DNA of 64,000 nucleotides, taken from assembly GCF_009914755.1 (NCBI RefSeq), contig NC_060937.1; one strand, 5' to 3'. The notes below the pieces were generated by a model. The model was given only the letters and a program-made list of their open reading frames with translations, was not told the origin of the DNA and ran no database searches. Below, one piece after another: positions 24,550 to 37,892 of the stretch (position 1 is its first letter; each line of letters opens with the position of its first letter). This DNA is from the human T2T-CHM13v2.0 reference genome, Homo sapiens. A program made the translations under genes and the position numbers.

Positions 24550-24609
24550 GGGGGCTTCTAGCAGAGCAGACAGCAAGGCTGCCCTGCGGGTCCACCTGTC
24601 TCTCTAGAT

Positions 24610-25660
24610 CAGTCTGTCTGTGTGTGCTGCTGTGTCCGTCCACCTGTCTGTCTGTGTGCACGGCTGTGGGTGTGTGTCCACCTGTCTGTGCGTACAACTG
24701 TGTGTCTGCCTGTGTGCGTGCGGTTTGTGTGTGCAGCTGTGTATGTGAGCATGCTGCTGTGTGTGCATGTCCACCTGTATGTGTGTCCGCCTGTGTCTGT
24801 GCATGTGGCTGTGTGTGTGCAGCTGTGTGTCCTCCTGTGTGTGCGGCTGTGTGTCTACCTGTGTGCGTGCAACTGTGTGTGTCTATGTGTGTCTGCCTAT
24901 GCATGCATGCGACTATGTGTGTCCATCTGTGCTGCTGTGTGCGTGTCTGCCTGTGTAGCTGTGTGTCCGCCTGTGTGTGCGGCTGTGTGTCTGCCTGTGT
25001 GCGTGCAACTGTGTGTCCATCTGTGTGTGGCTGTGTCCACCTGTGTGCATGCGACTGTGTGTCTACCTGTGTGTGCATGTGATTGTGTGTATCTGCTTGT
25101 GTGTATGTGTCCACCTGTGTGCATGTTCGCCTGTGTGTGCATGCAGCTGTGTGTGTCTGCCTGTCTGTGCATGTGGCTATGTGTCTGTGTGGGCGTGCGA
25201 TTGTGTGTGCGTGTCCGTCTGTGTGCACACGGCTGTGTGTCTGCCTGTGTTTGCATGAAACTGTGTGTGTCTGCCTGTCGGTGTCTGCCTGTCTGTATGT
25301 GCATCTGCCTGTCTGTGTGTTTGGCTGTGTGTGTCCTTCTGTGTGTGTGTGCGACTATGTGTGCATGTCTGTCTGTGTGCAAGCAGCTGTGTGTGCATCT
25401 GCCTGTATGTGCATGCAACTCTGTGTGTGTCTACCTGTCTGTAGTGTGTGGCTGTGTGCATGTCCTTCTGTGTGTGTGCGCAACTGTGTCTGCCTGTCTG
25501 TGCGCGTGGCTGTGTGTCCACCTGTGTATGTGTTTGTCCGCCTGTCTGTACATGCGACTGTGTGTGCATGTCTGCCTGTGTGTGCACCGCCTGTGTGTAT
25601 GTGTGACTGTGTCCACCTGTGTGTGTGTGCGGCTATGTGTGCCTACCTGTGTGTGCCGCT
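24610..25660. repeat. TG-rich degenerate repeat (~1 kb)
   Basis: Direct inspection; source of the Cys/Val and His/Thr ORFs. Confidence 0.93.
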
Positions 25661-25959
25661 GTCCCTGTATTTGCTCCAGCCTGAATGGCAATGAATGGAT
25701 GGGATAAACACAGACTCATCCATGCTTCAGGGGCTCTGCCTGGCCCGGCCCTTAGCTCTAGCTCCTGAGGCTCCGGGAAGGCCAAGGCCTGTTCCCCAGG
25801 GCTTGTCCCTGCCTGTGGGAGGGTGGGACAGACGGGCAGAATGCCTGGCGCTAAGACGTGGACGGCAGAACCGACAGCAGCCCTGCAGCACGTGGCCTGG
25901 TGCAGAACCTCGGATGGAGCAGGGACCTCGCTTAGGCCCCACCCACCTAAATGATTAAA

Positions 25960-26570
25960 AAACCTTCGAGTTCCTTCAAAAATATATCAGACACCTAGCC
26001 AGCCTTGAGTGGTAAATCACCTAACAAGCAAAATAAATAATAAAATAATAGCCAAAAAATTAGTCAGGAGATATTTATTCCCTATACAAGTTAAAAATAG
26101 CATCTTAACATATGTCCCTAAATTGTTTTTCAAAAACCGAGACCCTCACCAAACAGATCTACCAACACAGACCACAAATGCAGGGGGGATCACAGGCCCG
26201 AACCCTGAACCCGGCTCTATTCTGAATTTCTTCCTCAGGGGCCAGGAGGGGTCATGCCTGTGGGCCAGAGCCAACATTCTTTTCTGCTGATCTCAATTGT
26301 TTGGACAAAGCTTCTCCTCCTTAACCAATCACAAATCAAAAACGCTCTATATCCGACCCATGGGCCACACGTCGTGATGTCTGCCTTCTCAGGTCAAACT
26401 GACATACGGCCTCCATGTACTGATTTATGACTTTGCCACAACCTCGGCCTCCCCACCTTCTGAAACCCTTGCCTGTGAACCCTCGGGGTGCCTGGGTCGT
26501 GGGCGCAGCCTGCCCTGCCAGGGTGCACACCCCGAAGCCCCTGGTCAGGGAGTGGAACATAAAGCCCTTC
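25960..26570 (+). mobile_element. ERV1-type solo LTR remnant (MER34/MER39-like)
   Basis: Recalled motifs: catcttaacatatgtccct...gtttttc; ttaaccaatcacaaatcaaaa; catgtactgatttatgactttg; ends and family approximate. Confidence 0.5.
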
Positions 26571-26574
26571 AGCC

Positions 26575-27775
26575 CTCACTTGACACCGCGTCGGTGCAGC
26601 CCCACGGCACCCCCACACTTGATACTATGCCCCACGGCACCCCCACACTTGGCACCACGTTCCACGGCACCCCCACACTGACAACACGTCCCACGGCACC
26701 CCTACACTTGACACCACGTTCCATGGCACCCCCACACTGACACCACGCCCCACGGCACCCCCACACTGACACCACGCCCCACGGCACCCCCACACTGACA
26801 CCACGCCCCACGGCACCCCCACACTTGATACCACGTTCCACGGCACCCCCACACTGACACCACACCCCACAGCACCCCCACACTTGATACCATGCCCCAC
26901 AGCACCCCCACACTTGACACCACGTTCCACGGCACCCCCACACTGACACCACACCCCAAAGCACCCCCACACTTGATACCATGTTCCACGGCACCCCCAC
27001 ACTTGATACCACGTTCCACGGCAACCCCACACTGACACCACACCCCACAGCACCCCCACACTTGATACCATGCCCCACAGCACCCCCACACTTGACACCA
27101 CGTTCCACGGAACCCCCGCACTGACACCACACCCCACGGCACCCCCACACTGACACCACGCCCCACGGCACCCCCACACTGACACCACGCCCCACAGCAC
27201 CCCCACACTTGACACCACGTTCCACGGCACCCCCACACTTGACACCACGTTCCATGGCACCCCCACACTGACAACACGCCCCACGGCACCCCCACACTTG
27301 ATACCACGTTCCACAGCACCCCCACACTGACACCACACCCCACAGCACCCCTACACTTGACACCACGTTCCATGGCACCCCCACACTTCATACCATGTTC
27401 CACGGCACCCCCACACTGACACCACGCCCCACAGCACCCCCACACTGACACCATGCCCCACGGCACCCTCACACTTGACACCACGTTCCACGGCACCCCC
27501 ACACTTCATACCATGTTCCACGGCACCCCCACACTGACACCATGCCCCACGGCACCCCCACACTGACACCACGCCCCACGGCACCCCCACACTGACACCA
27601 CGCCCCACGGCACCCCCGCACTGACACCACGTTCCACGGCACCCCCACACTTCATACCACGTTCCACGGCACCCCCACACTTGACACCACGCCCCACGGA
27701 ACCCCCACACTTGACACCACGTTCCACGGCACCCCCACACTGACACCACGCCCCACGGCACCCCCACACTTGACC
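26575..27775. repeat. 29-30 bp VNTR, ~40 units (ccacggcacccccacact(t)gacaccacg..)
   Basis: Direct inspection. Confidence 0.95.
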
Positions 27776-28099
27776 CAGCGCTCACAGGGGGAATGGAACT
27801 GGGTCTGTGCTGCCCAGGCAGGTGTGGGAGGTGGGGCCTCCGCTGCTGTCCTGAGACTCTGGGGTCTGGAGGTTGGGTGTGGCCTTCCCGCCCTGTGGCT
27901 GCAGCCCCAGAGCAGGTCCTGAGGGGCCACAAGGATGTTGGGCCGGGAAGGTGGGCATGAACCCCACGCCAGCACTGTGGGCGGGGAAAACAGGTGCCTA
28001 AAATGACAACAAAGACCCCGCCAAGACCACAGCTCCTCTTCCCACACCCATCAGAGCTCAGGGCTGAGCGGAGTATCGCCTGTGGTCCTCACCGCCTGG

Positions 28100-28275
28100 C
28101 AGCGGGCCTGCTATCCGTGGCTATCCATGGGCTAAAGGAGTGCCCTGAACACCAGCCGGGCAGTGGGCCTGCTATCCGTGGCTATCCACGGGCTAAAGGA
28201 GTGCCCTGAACACCAGCCGGGCACTGGGCCTGCTATCCGTGGCTATCCACGGGCTAAAGGAGTGGCCTGACCACC
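28100..28275. repeat. ~62 bp tandem repeat, ~3 units
   Basis: gggcctgctatccgtggctatccacgggctaaaggagtg repeated. Confidence 0.85.
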
Positions 28276-28944
28276 AAAGACAGGAGAAAGTGCCTGACCC
28301 AAGAATAACCAAGAATCCCCACTGCTTCATTCCCGTTCTCAAATGCCGGGCGCAAACTCTCTCAGGACAGAAGCGTTCAGATTTGCAAGGCTGTGCAGAC
28401 GGAGGTAGCTCTATTCACATTCGGGAGCTTCAGGAAGAGTCACGACTGCATGTGGGGGGTCCTGGTCCCCAGCAGCAGGCTGTGTGGCCCCCGTGTGCTC
28501 TCCCGGCCCCTGGCAGCAGGCTGTGCGGCCCCCGTGTGCTCTCCCGGCTCCTGGCCGGGTCCAGGGGCACCTGGCTGGTCACCATCAGGTCCTGAGGCTG
28601 CTCCTGTTCCTGCAGCATGAATCCCTCCCGACCAGCTGACTTGTGTGCTTTCGTCTTCTGCTGATTCAGGAGTGGGAACAAACAAAACCCACCCCTGGAA
28701 GGCCCTTTCTCCTGCCAGAAAAGCCAATGAGTAAATCTGCAGGTGCTGGCGCAGGCTGGAGAATCCCAGACATTTAGAGGTTAAACAACACAGTTCTAAA
28801 TAACACACAGATCAGAGAACGCAAGACAAATTTTAAAATGTTCCGGAATAAACAGAAATGAAAGTGTTACTCATCAAAATCAGTGGGATGAAGCGGGAGC
28901 CGTGCTCGGGGTGGAGGGGAATCTGGAGTGCCGGCCACACAGAC

Positions 28945-29167
28945 TAGAGCAGAAGGGAGATCTGAACGCTGACCTGAGCTTAGAGCAGAAGGGAGATCTG
29001 AACGCTGACCTGAGCTTAGAGCAGAAGGGAGATCTGAACGCTGACCTGAGCTTAGAGCAGAAGGGAGAGCTGAACGCTGACCTGAGCTTAGAGCAGAAGG
29101 GAGATCTGAACGCTGACCTGAGCTTAGAGCAGAAGGGAGATCTGAACGGTGACCTGAGCTTAGAGCT
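28945..29167. repeat. 36 bp VNTR, 6 units (ttagagcagaagggagatctgaacgctgacctgagc)
   Basis: Direct inspection; 12-aa periodicity in ORF track. Confidence 0.93.
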
Positions 29168-29174
29168 GGGAGAC

Positions 29175-29370
29175 TGAGAAAAATGAGTAAACTAAACCCA
29201 GAGCCCAAGAACAGAAAACAGAAGTCAGATCGGAAACCAATAGGTAAAAATCAAAGCCAACGGCAAATTCCTTGAGAGATCAATAAAATTAATAAACCTC
29301 AAACCAGGCTACTAAGAGCAAAAGGGAAAAGGCACAAATTCCCACAGGAAAGGAACGAGAGGACCTGGCT
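29175..29370 (+). mobile_element. Old L1 ORF2 fragment
   Basis: aaaatcaaagccaa...ttccttgagagatcaataaaattaataaacctc resembles L1 ORF2. Confidence 0.55.
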
Positions 29371-30556
29371 GCCGACCCTGGCACCTGCCTGGACGCTGCA
29401 CTGAGGTCCCTGGCGCTGCACTCCTGCGAACTCACAGACGCAGCAAAGGGGCCCCAGCGTCCAGCTCCTGACAACGTGTGGCTGCAGTGTCACCCATGGG
29501 GCCCTGGGCGGGGGCTGCTGAGGGGTGTATGGAAACTCTGTACTCTGCTCAATTTCCCTGTGAACACAGAACTGCCCCCAAAACAGAGTTAATTAATTTT
29601 TAAAAAGCAGCCAATGGTCCCTATCCATCTTTCTCAGGAAGGTCTTCCCCAGGGAGAGAGCAGCGCGCAGAGCCGGGTCAGGGTCCTGGCCCCACCCACC
29701 GGCTGCCGTGTCCCCCACTGAGCGGGCAGCGGCCCAGAGAGCAGCCAGGACAGAGGTGCCTTGGATGCAGGACTGTTCCACGCCGGCCGCAGAGAGGAGA
29801 CGAAGTCCGCGGGCAGATGAGACAGGATGCAGAGGCCATGAGGAAGGAAGCCCAGCCTCGGCCGTCTCCTCTTACAACCCTGGAGAGATGTGAAAGCTTG
29901 ACGACGGACGGTGACTTTGTTTGCTCCGAAAATCCTTCCAAGAGGACTGTCTGCTGCACAAACACAAAATTCCCAGAGGCTGTAGCAGGAGGCTGGAATT
30001 TCCAGCCCAGTGAGATTTCACGGTGCAACTGGAAGGCTCCAAGGGGGAAACACGTAGGTGTCTCTTGGGCGGATGGCAGACCCAGGGGTTTGCTGTGATC
30101 CCCTGCAGGGCTGTGCTATTTTCTGAATACGTCACAGATGCACTTGAAAGCCTGGTTTATAAACGGAGCTCAGTGACCCCCAGGCGCCCAGATCACCGCG
30201 GATGCCTCGCTGTCACAGGCGGTGCCCTCGCTGGCATCTGACGCTGGCATCTCCCCCACTGGCATCTGACGCTGGCGTCTCCCCCGCTGGCCCTGCATCA
30301 GGGGAGGGTCAGAGAGCACAACTCTGCATAATAAAGTGATTTAACAAAGACTTTCCAACAGTGGCCGTTCCAGAAGGAAGCAAGAAAGGTTTAATTGTGT
30401 TTCCCCCATTTCTGTGACTCACTTGCTGGCCTCCCCCATGGGCCGCTTCTGTGACACTCGCTGTCCGGACACAGGACTGTTCCTGGGAATCACAGAGCGG
30501 AGGGACTCATGGAGCCACATGGCTACCCCCTGCCTTCCTGAAAATGGTCACTGTGA

Positions 30557-30992
<436 letters not shown>

Positions 30993-31614
30993 TGACTGCA
31001 TCAGTGAAGCAACGCATTGGAGAGCAGCGGGCATTGGAGAGCAATGACCTTGCCTCCTCCCTTTTAGACAACAGCTCGCATTTGCCTTCCATAAAGTGCA
31101 AATTCCCGGGAGACTGACACCACTCGGTTCAGGATCCTCATGTTCCGGACAGTGAGAGTCAGGCTTGGAGGACGCTGGGCTTGGCCACGGGTACGCAGCC
31201 TCGGGCGTTAATTATGAGATTCCACCAGCTGTGAGATCAACCTGCGGCATTCTTATTTACAGCTTTGTGGAGATGCAACGTCTGAGTCCTGATCGTCATG
31301 GTGGTTACACTATCTACCCTGTGATGAAGTTGCACCGACTGTCACAACAGCCCATCGGCAGGTGACTGGAGCAACAGCACACGCTTCGCACCTCGGACCA
31401 TTCCTCAGCCTTGGAAGGAAGGAGGTTCTGATACCACAAGCGACCCGGAGGATGTCACGCAGAGCGACATCAGCCTCAGAAAGACCAGCAGGGTAGAGCT
31501 CACTCCCATGAGCCACGGGGAGTGGCCTGCGTCAGAGACAGAGTGCCATGGGGCTGCCGGTGGGGAAGGGGCGGACGGGAGCGTGTGAATAAAACTCTAG
31601 CCAGGGGACAGAGG

Positions 31615-31775
31615 GGACGGAGGTTCCGTTTTGCAAGATGAAAGGAGCTCTAGAGATGGGTGGTGGTGACGGTTGTACAATATTATGAATATATTCAATG
31701 CTATACCACTGAATTGGACATTTTAAATGGTTAAAATGGTAAATTTCATGTCTCTGTTTTACCACATAAAAAACT
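31615..31775 (+). mobile_element. L1M 3' end fragment
   Basis: tctagagatgggtggtggtgacggttgtacaa...ccactgaattggacattttaaatggttaaaatggtaaattt. Confidence 0.75.
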
Positions 31776-33209
31776 GGAAAAAATAGCATAGAATACACAG
31801 AGAGACACACACAGAAACACGTGCCTGTGAACTGGTGAAATCTGGATAACATCCGTGGACTGCACAAACGTCGGCGTCCTGGTTGACGTTGCACCAGCTG
31901 CGCATGGCAGTGCCTGGGGAAGCTGGGAGAAGGGAGCACAGCCTTCTGTTTGGGGAAGCCAGGAGAAGGGAGCACGGCCGTCCGTTCGGGGGAGCCGGGA
32001 GAAGGGAGCACGGCCTTCCGTTCGGGGGAGGCGGGAGAAGGGAGCACGGCCTTCCGTTTTCAGGGAAAGGTGGGAATTCGCCCCTCGCCACTCCTGTGTA
32101 CTGTTTTGATGCCTTCCTATAGATCTATAACCATTTCAAAATTAAATCAGTAAAAAAAAAAAAAGGCAAGAAAGAGGAAAAGCTACACCTGCCAATAAAA
32201 CCAAACTTGAATCCGAGGCAAACGACGAGGCCGCACTCTGCCAGCTGCTCAGAGGCCGTTGTGACGGAGACCCCAGCGACGGCGGGTATCCCAGAATAGA
32301 AGAGCTGGGGAACTCGCCGACACGCAGGCGGGAGCGGCCCAGTCACCAAGCCCCGTCTCCCGGGCAGCACGTGGGAAACCCCGCCTTTCTGCCGGGACGC
32401 CAAGGTCCGTGGGAGCAGCACGCTGGGGCCCTTGTGCTCCGGGGATGCGAGGACAGTCATTAGTTCTGCAGTAATCACAGCGTCTTTCACTTTCCACAGC
32501 ACGTGTGGGTTCCCCAGCCAGTGCTTTCCCAGGAAGCAGAGTTAATTAAGTGTGACGCACAATTAGCACAGGTCCCTTGGGGCAGGGCCATCCCCAGGGC
32601 TTCTTGGCTCCACTCCTTAATTTCCGTCAAGGGCCTCACCCCACCCCCACAGCTGGGCTCATGGTCAACTTCATGAATGAACCCTTTGCTGGCCATGGGC
32701 GTGTGCACAGCTCATGACCTCGGCAAATGGCAACCTTGACCCAGTGAAGCGCAGAGGATGAGGGTTGCCAGGGCAAGACGGTTCCCAGAGGACGAGGGTT
32801 CCCAGAGGACGAGGGTTCCCGAGGGATGAGGGTTCCAGGAGGATGAGGGTTGCCGGGGGACAAGGGTTCCCAGAGGACACCAGGCCATCCAGTCCCCCAG
32901 CCCAAATTTGCCCTGAACTTGCGGGCACAGAGCCTCCATCCGACCCACCCAGTTGCCTCTGCTGAAGTCTCAGGCGAAGTCCTCACAAGGAACCTATTTT
33001 GGGGATTTGTCCAGGATGCCAGCCTCCAGGTGTAAAAATAACCATCACAGCCACCAATTTACGATGCGCCAGGTGCCTTCGAGTGGCACACACGCCATTC
33101 CAGCACGCTTCACAAACCCACCCAGATGGGAAAACTGAGGCCTGCAAAGGACGTTGGCAACAATCCGATGAGGGAGCTGGCTCCGAGCCTGGCGGCCTGT
33201 GCTGGGACT

Positions 33210-33620
33210 CTGCACTCAGACACACACTGTGGTACCAGCTGAGGACCCAGGAAGCCCTCCCACATCCCAGGGCCGCTGTGCTGCAACCCCATACTCAGAC
33301 ACTCACCCTCCTACGTCCCAGGGCCGCTGTGCAGCAACACTACACTCAGACACTCACTGCGGTCCCAGCTGAGGACCCAGGAAGCTCTCCTGTGTCCCAG
33401 GGACGCTGTGCAGCAACCCTACACTCAGACACTCACTGCGGTCCCAACTGAGGACCCAGGAAGCCCTCCCGCGTCCCAAGGGCGCTGTGCCACAACCCTA
33501 CACTCAGACGCTCACTGCGGTCCCAGCTGAGGACCCAGGAAGCCGTCCCGTGTCCCAGGGACCCTGTGCCGCAACCCTACACTCAGACACTTACTGTGGT
33601 CCCAGCTGAGGACCCACTTG
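33210..33620. repeat. ~75-80 bp diverged tandem repeat, ~5 units
   Basis: cactcagacactcactgcggtcccagctgaggacccaggaagc repeated. Confidence 0.8.
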
Positions 33621-34231
33621 GGAAACCCTCCCACGTCCCAGGGTTGGGCCACGGTGCCTCTTGCTTGTGGCCTTTGCAGCTGCTCTGTGTCACAGACCAG
33701 GGCTCAGGGTGACCCCAAAGGAGCTGGTGCAGGCTTGGGCTCCGGTGGACTGACCCCCACTGCTCCCTCTGTTACAGGCAAGCCTGGAGCAGCTGTTGCC
33801 AGGCAGCTGGGCACCGTGCGTCCGTGAGCAGCTGTGAACACAAGGGTCTGGGACATGGGCCCCAGCACTGGAGCCCCCGGTCTTGCGTGGGGAGGTGGGA
33901 CAAGCTCCCCCCACTGGACAGGACCGGGGTGAGCCCCAGTCAGCACACAGTCCCGGCAAGCCAGGGTGAGCCCCTGGCCACTTTCGACAATGGACACGGG
34001 AGACCAGAACGCTCTTTCAGCTCAGACCCTTCTTGGTGCCGCGTGCCAGGCAACAGCCCGCCCAGCCAACCGTGGGGAAGTGAGGGTCCCTGAGGGCTGA
34101 CCCTGGCTCGGCCCTTCCCCACCCATGTTTTCTCTTGGGCCTCAATGACGCGTGCCTGTCCTTTCCCACCGTGTTTGTTTTCACAGCTTCCTCAGTTGTG
34201 CATGACAAAGGGCGGCAGTAGGCAAAGGGAA

Positions 34232-34940
34232 AACCCAAAATCCATGCGCGGAGCCCAGGCTCACTCCGAGCACAAGTGGGCGAACAGACACAATGCAAAA
34301 TCCATGACAGAGCCTGCGCTCACTCCGACCACAAGCGGGCGAACACGCCCAACCCAAAATCCATGGCAGAGACCGCGCTCACTCCGAGCACAAGCGGGCG
34401 AACACGCACAACCCAAAATCCATGGCAGAGACCGCGCTCACTCCGAGCACAAGCGGGCGAACACGCACAACCCAAAATCCATGGCAGAGACCGCGCTCAC
34501 TCCGAGCACAAGCGGGCGAACACGCACAACCCAAAATCCATGGCAGAGACCGCGCTCACTCCGAGCACAAGCGGGCGAACACGCACAACCCAAAATCCAT
34601 GGCGGAGCCCGCGCTCACTCCGAGCACAAGCGGGCGAACACGCACAACCCAAAATCCATGGCGGAGCCCGCGCTCACTCCGAGCACAAGCGGGCGAACAC
34701 GCACAACCCAAAATCCATGGCGGAGCCTGCGCTCACTCCGAGCACAAGCAGGCAAACACGCACAACCCAAAATCCACACGCGGAGCCCGCGCTCACTCCG
34801 AGCACAAGCGGGCGAACATGCACAACCCAAAATCCATGGCAGAGCCTGCGCTCACTCCGAGCACAAGCGGGCGAACACGCACAACCCAAAATCCATGGCG
34901 GAGCCCGCGCTCACTCCGAGCACAAGTGGGCGAACACGCA
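34232..34940. repeat. 59 bp VNTR, ~12 units, CpG-rich
   Basis: aacccaaaatccatggcagagaccgcgctcactccgagcacaagcgggcgaacacgcac. Confidence 0.95.
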
Positions 34941-35072
34941 ATCTGCTCATCGTTATTCCCAGTCAAGGCCGAAGCCCGATCTACGTCTTTAGCCACAGTC
35001 GGAGCCGGGCCCGTCTCGAAGCCCCATGGTGTCCCAGGGCTCTGGTTTCCGGGGCTGCGCCGAGAGTCTCAC

Positions 35073-35167
35073 CTGCACTTCCGAGTCAGCGTCCACGTGC
35101 TGCAGCTGGAACCAGGTGTCCCTGTTGTGGTACTTCTGCAAGTCCTCCTTCTGGATGGCCACCTTCC
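35073..35167 (-). CDS. RASA3: RASA3 exon 4 (95 nt; [32 protein letters not shown])
   Basis: gtgttgcag|GG AAG ... CAG|gtgaga; peptide visible in ORF 34989..35267. Confidence 0.96.
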
Positions 35168-35291
35168 CTGCAACACAAGCAGAGAAGACTTCACCACGGG
35201 CACAGGCCCCAGAGCCAGGACGCCTGTGAGCAGAAGCCAGCCCATCATCACCGCAGCTTATTTCCAACAGTTTAATTCAGAATGGGGCACC

Positions 35292-35441
35292 GGCCGGGTG
35301 CGGGGCTCATGCCTGGAACCCCCACGCTTGGGAGGCCAAGGGGGGAGGGTCGCTTGAGACCAGCCTGAGCGATATGGTGAAAACTTGTCTCTACAAAAAA
35401 TAAAGGAATGAGCCGGGCATGGTGGCACTGTATCTCTAAAA
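35292..35441 (+). mobile_element. Diverged, internally deleted Alu (AluJ-like) fragment
   Basis: ggccgggtgcggggctcatgcctg...ttgggaggccaagg...gagaccagcctg...tctctacaaaaaa. Confidence 0.75.
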
Positions 35442-37892
35442 ATTGATATTAAAAAGTCAAAATAATCAGGTGCAGCGGTAAGTCTCCACTGTGTCCCTTC
35501 CAGTAAGGCGTTCCAGAGGCTTCGCTGTGAAGGCGCGAACGTCCGCTCCATCGGCAATGTGCGCCTCACTTTCACTGTGGTCCGTGGCCAGTTCTCACAG
35601 CAGGAGGTGCCTCGGAGCTGGCTGCACCAGAGCTCTGATCTCACAAATGAACACCCCGTGCCTCACACACCACCAAGGCAGCAGCATCACGCCACAAGAG
35701 ACACGTGTGCACCCGTGCGAGCGACAGCCTGAAACACACGTGTGCCTAGGGTGCTTTCCGTGTGTGTGGACACGCATGTGTGTGCATGCATGTGGGTGCT
35801 CAGGTTATTCACAGGCAGGACTGAGAGCCAGAATGAGCTGCCACCTTCCCACGCGACGTGGGTTGGTCTGAATCTGTGCCTCTAAAGTGTAATGAATGAG
35901 CCGCCTTCTGGGACCCCTGGAGAGCCTGAAAGTGTAGATTCCTGGCCTTCTCCAGACGGAGGAGAACAGAGGCTCTGGTGTGGGCTGGAATCTGCACCAC
36001 CACAGGTCCCTGGGCACTTGTGTGGGCCCCAAAGTCTGGGAACGTCCACTCTAAACAGTTTCCCGTGCCTTAAACAGGCTTAGTACTTTGGGGCTACGCT
36101 TCCAGTGAAAATACGTATCAGAATATATTTGTACAATATACGTTTACCTAGTATGGATTTATGTGTGTAAATTCGCATCTGCAACCATTATTATCTGCTT
36201 ATACGTTCACCTCATTCCAGAAACATTCCCGAGGCGCGGCAAACGTGTGCCCATCCCATCCCCGGCAGGACAGGGCTTGTCAGGCGCTGGGCACCGAGCC
36301 ATCTCCCATCCTGCGTCCCTTCATGGCACCACGTCAACCCTGCCAGTGGCCTCCGCACACTGCGGACCACGCCACCCACCACGGTGAGCACCCACGGCAG
36401 CACATGCACCTCTGTTGACAGATGCACGTGAACTCCTAGGGAGTCGCACACACATGTGAAGTCTGAGCCCATCACAGAGCACACACGAGAGCAGGAGTGA
36501 GGAAGGAAATGTTGGCAGACTCCTCACGTCTTCGTTCTGCACCCAGAGACACAAACGCCCTCCTTAAGGATCTTGGTCCAGTCACTGAAGCGAGAAACTC
36601 TGGGTCCCCGCAGACCCGGTTCACCGCAGCGTCCGCAGCCACAGGGTCTGAGCACATTGTGCATGACCCGGGCTCCCGGGAGCGGCCTGGGCCTCCTACC
36701 CGGCCACCCTGCCTCACGCCAGGACAGTGCAGCCCAGCCCCGGTTCTCTCTTCCAAGGAAGATCCTTTTATATTTCCGTGTCTCAAAAAACTTCCGCAGG
36801 CTCCCATCGGAACAACCCTGGCCTGGCATCCAGCAGCCGCATGCTTGGGCCTGATTCTCTGTCCAGCCTCAGTAAATTCGGGAACACTCCACTGCCAGCC
36901 TCTCACAGGTGCCATCTCAGTCGGTCCTGCGGTGACCCTGGAGGAGCAGGTACCACTCTGCACACCCCACAGACGAGCAGGCCGGGGCTGCAGGGAGAGG
37001 GAGCTTCCGTCCCTGCCTTCCTGCCAGCGTTCCTTCCTATGTTGGCGTCCCCACCCTGCGAGGTCCCAGGACGCATCTTCCCTCAGGAGCTCCTCTGCCT
37101 CGCGGGCTCATGCGAGCGAGACCTCTCAGCCTGACTGGTCCATTCCGTGACTAATCTCAGAGCCCGTGGGCCTGGGCCACCAGGCCCCTCCTTTGTCTGC
37201 AAACTCAGAGGGTCTGAGACACGCCCAGCTCAGCACCAGCTCCAGACCCTATGGGACAGCGCAAGGTCGGCCACATGATGGAGCACCACATGGCCACAGG
37301 ACATGGTGGGAGGTGCGGAAGGTGGAAAGAGGCACAAAGACGCTTTCCAAGTGCCCAAAGGAGAGAGACGGAATCAGGACAGTTTGCCTCCAGTGCTGCT
37401 GACACCTGCCATGCACGTCAGCATCTTCATCTGATGTCCTCAGGGGAGCCGGCTGCACCTCACACCATCCACTCTGCAAAGCAAAGCAGCCCTGGGAACA
37501 GCCCTGGAAAAAGCCCCTTCCCAGCTCCGGGACCCCCGCTCACAGCCAGGGCCGGCCAGTTCCACAGCTACCCGGACGTAGATACAGCACACAGGCACTC
37601 ATGGGTTCCTAAGATCAGCCTGGTGACCTCATCGGCTCAGCTCTTGCCACACAGACATACACAGGCCATCTGGAGCTGCACGGGACGCTGAAACCACCAC
37701 TGAGGGCAGGCGAGAGCCAAATCAAGAACCAAGGGGGCCGGCACAGGAAACAGGCCCCAGCACATGTGGGAGAAGGAACACCAGGGAGGCTCAGAGAGAA
37801 ATCCAGTGACACACCACGTGGACTCCCTCCAATGGCCTCTAATGGCGCAGACCACGAGGGTGGACGACAGCCAGGACACCTCCGCCTGGCCC

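Noticed and set aside
24177-27932. Cys/Val-, His/Thr- and Gly/Trp-rich ORFs
   Set aside because: Translations of the TG-rich and 29-bp repeats, not metallothionein- or keratin-like genes.
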